Shown here piece by piece: positions 23,674 through 25,495 of a stretch of 25,495 nt of DNA (position 1 is its first letter; each line of letters begins with the position of its first letter). The stretch covers positions 1 through 25,495 of the forward strand of contig JBBTYV010000089.1 of the NCBI GenBank assembly GCA_038061635.1, given 5' to 3'. The notes beneath the pieces are model-generated. The model worked only from the letters and a program-made list of their open reading frames with translations. It searched no databases and was not told the origin of the DNA. This stretch comes from Patescibacteria group bacterium. Lineage in GTDB: Bacteria; Patescibacteriota; Saccharimonadia; Saccharimonadales; JAGQMS01. The position numbers were made by a program, and so were the translations under genes.

Positions 23674-24171
23674 ATGAGGAATTTGATAGTGGCTCATGCA
23701 GCCGAGGGAGTTATAGGGTACAAGGGTAGTATCCCTTGGCAGGGTCAGATGCGTGAAGATATGCGTCGTTTCCGAGAGCGCACCACAGGACATGCAGTGA
23801 TCATGGGACGTACAACATTTGAATCTTTAGTAAGACCTCTCAAAGACAGACAAAATATAGTTTTATCTAGAACTGTCACGAGATTAGCCGGTTGTGACGT
23901 CGTACCAAGTCTTGAGGCTGCTTACGAGGCTGCAGAGGGTCAACAAGAGACATTTATTATCGGTGGAGAGCAAGTCTATGTCGACGCACTGCCAACTGTT
24001 GAACGTATGTTTATAACCAAAATTGCTGCTGAGTTTGAAGGTGACACGTTTTTTAATGTAGACACTGAAAACGGAGACTGGAACGCCGCTACCAGAGAAA
24101 TTTGGTGCAAAGGTAGGGATAATCACTACCTTTGTATGTTTGAGATTTATGAAAGGGTCGTAAATGTCTAA
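23674..24171 (+). CDS. folA: Dihydrofolate reductase
   Basis: IGYKGSIPW, EDMRRFR..T.GHAVIMGRTTFESL.RPLKDRQNIVLSR, IIGGEQVY, FEGDTFF. Confidence 0.95.
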   Translation: MRNLIVAHAAEGVIGYKGSIPWQGQMREDMRRFRERTTGHAVIMGRTTFESLVRPLKDRQNIVLSRTVTRLAGCDVVPSLEAAYEAAEGQQETFIIGGEQVYVDALPTVERMFITKIAAEFEGDTFFNVDTENGDWNAATREIWCKGRDNHYLCMFEIYERVVNV

Positions 24172-24751
24172 AAAAGTTGTTAAAAAGCAGAAAAAAGCTA
24201 TGGTTAATCAGCGATTTATAAAGAACTTCAACGACCTAAACAAAATTGTCGGAAGTCTAAAAATTTTGGGTAATCGAATTATTCTGACCCAGGGAGTTTA
24301 TGATTTAATACATGAAGGACACGCCAAATATCTAGAAATAGCCAAGTCACACGGAGACATTTTAATTGTGGGTGTAGATTCTGACGCATTAACTAGACAA
24401 CGTAAAGGTCCAAGTCGCCCGATAGTTCCAGAAGCAGAAAGAATAGAAATGTTATTACATCTTCGACATGTCGATTATGTAGTTGTTAGAGATGTCGGTA
24501 AGGAAATTGGCGATCTAATAAGAACTGTTAAGCCAGATATTCTAATAACCTCATCTACAACTAAGGACTTCACCAGAGAGTTTATAAAGAAATACAAATC
24601 TCACTGCGGACAGATAATTACATTGCCGGCACAAAGCACAACTTCAACAACAGCTCGTATTCGTAAACTGTCGATTGATGGAGCCTCATCACTTGCAGAC
24701 GAGATAAACAAACTAACAAAAGAATTTATAGAGAAGATTAGGGGAATATAG
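24164..24751 (+). CDS. Cytidylyltransferase-family protein (RfaE domain II/TagD-like)
   Basis: GVYDLIHEGH (HxGH), LIVGVDSD, KGPSRPIVPEAERIEML, STTSTT. Confidence 0.88.
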   Translation: MSKKVVKKQKKAMVNQRFIKNFNDLNKIVGSLKILGNRIILTQGVYDLIHEGHAKYLEIAKSHGDILIVGVDSDALTRQRKGPSRPIVPEAERIEMLLHLRHVDYVVVRDVGKEIGDLIRTVKPDILITSSTTKDFTREFIKKYKSHCGQIITLPAQSTTSTTARIRKLSIDGASSLADEINKLTKEFIEKIRGI

Positions 24752-24752
24752 T

Positions 24753-25495
24753 ATGGGTAGGAATTCGGGGACAGATATTTTATATATGCCTGCTGTGCAC
24801 CAAGGATATGTTAATTATCTTGGCGAGCGAAACGGTGAAGTGGGCATTTTGGATGAGTCTTTGGTGGGTGAAGTTCCTAGGCTTGACCGTGACATAAGGG
24901 CTATGGGTTCTGAACTAGTCGTTCAATTAGTCAGAGTTGTCGTTCCTGAGCGCCACATTATACTTGTAACACTAGACAATTTGGACGAATTTTTGAGTTG
25001 CCAACACCTAGACCAAGCATTAAACCTGCCAAACGAAGATGTGTCGCATACTTTTGTCGAACATCACGTACCAACTGATTATGAGATTAGCTATCATCCA
25101 ACTTTCTTAAGATGGGACAAAAGAATTTCTACTGCTGAATCGCTTGTATTCGCCGATAGAGTAACATCTGATCCTTTTGATAGAGCATTGATGAGGATAG
25201 CTGAAGAAGAAGCTAGGTTAAGTCGGGATTGGTGGCGACAAGTGGGTGCAATTATTTACTCAGAAAAAAGAAAGCTTCTTTTGCAAGGACATAATCATCC
25301 TGTAGTTGCAGAAAACTATACTTTGGAGACATTAGGGGACCCGCGCAGTAATTTTGATGCCGGTCAAAACATTGATTTACAGAAGAACATTCATGCCGAA
25401 GTTGGAGTGATCGCAGAAGCTGCAAGGCGTGGAATCGCACTTAAAGGAGCGGATTTGTTTGTTACTACTTTTCCATGCCCAGTATGCGCCAAATC
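24753..25495 (+). CDS. dCMP-deaminase-family protein with a ~140-aa N-terminal domain; 3'-truncated and absent from the ORF track
   Basis: Hand translation from ATG 24753 is open to the window end: ...SRDWWRQVGA...IHAEVGVIAEAARRG...FVTTFPCPVCAK (HAE and PCxxC Zn motifs). N-terminus YMPAVHQGY. Confidence 0.9.
   Translation, partial: MGRNSGTDILYMPAVHQGYVNYLGERNGEVGILDESLVGEVPRLDRDIRAMGSELVVQLVRVVVPERHIILVTLDNLDEFLSCQHLDQALNLPNEDVSHTFVEHHVPTDYEISYHPTFLRWDKRISTAESLVFADRVTSDPFDRALMRIAEEEARLSRDWWRQVGAIIYSEKRKLLLQGHNHPVVAENYTLETLGDPRSNFDAGQNIDLQKNIHAEVGVIAEAARRGIALKGADLFVTTFPCPVCAK

Noticed and set aside
607-23793. Antisense or alternative-frame ORFs in the track (e.g. 607-966, 3923-4150, 5956-6255, 8396-8677, 10587-10847, 13412-13696, 15528-15923, 20806-21429, 21916-22410, 22526-23281, 23288-23641)
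   Set aside because: They overlap well-supported genes, lack motifs, and read as typical shadow frames.
1-25495. Alternative genetic code (TGA=Gly or Trp, as in Gracilibacteria/Absconditabacteria)
   Set aside because: Conserved genes are full-length under code 11, TGA ends secE and DUF3052 at expected positions, and tRNA-Trp has a CCA anticodon.

Overview
Bacterial chromosomal window (genetic code 11), most likely from a reduced Patescibacteria/CPR genome and probably Saccharibacteria-like. This is inferred from the basic N-terminal extensions on SecE and L1, the divergent L33 and the many small single-TM hypotheticals. Core genes: holB (partial), rpmG, typA, secE-nusG-rplK-rplA, folA and four tRNAs (Thr-TGT, Tyr-GTA, Thr-GGT, Trp-CCA). 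Accessory genes are interleaved: TPR protein, NDT-like protein, DEDDh exonuclease, DUF4153-like membrane protein, DUF3052, VanY-like carboxypeptidase, DinB with its small partner, CdsA, C39-like, M3 and M48 peptidases, a divergent PyrD, a P-loop kinase, a cytidylyltransferase, and a dCMP-deaminase-family fusion missed by the ORF track. Most notable: (1) a convergent tRNA-Thr/tRNA-Tyr locus where each tRNA is headed by a free-standing endonuclease (HNH; I-Ssp6803I-like PD-(D/E)XK overlapping tRNA-Tyr), plus a 22-nt inverted copy of the tRNA-Tyr 3' end; (2) a shared ~50-nt nested hairpin at the stop codons of three GC-rich genes; (3) a folA-cytidylyltransferase-deaminase cluster; (4) a structured leader on the DinB operon; (5) apparent widespread leaderless transcription. 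No CRISPR array, integrase, transposase or rRNA was seen. All family assignments come from motif recognition by eye, not database searches.
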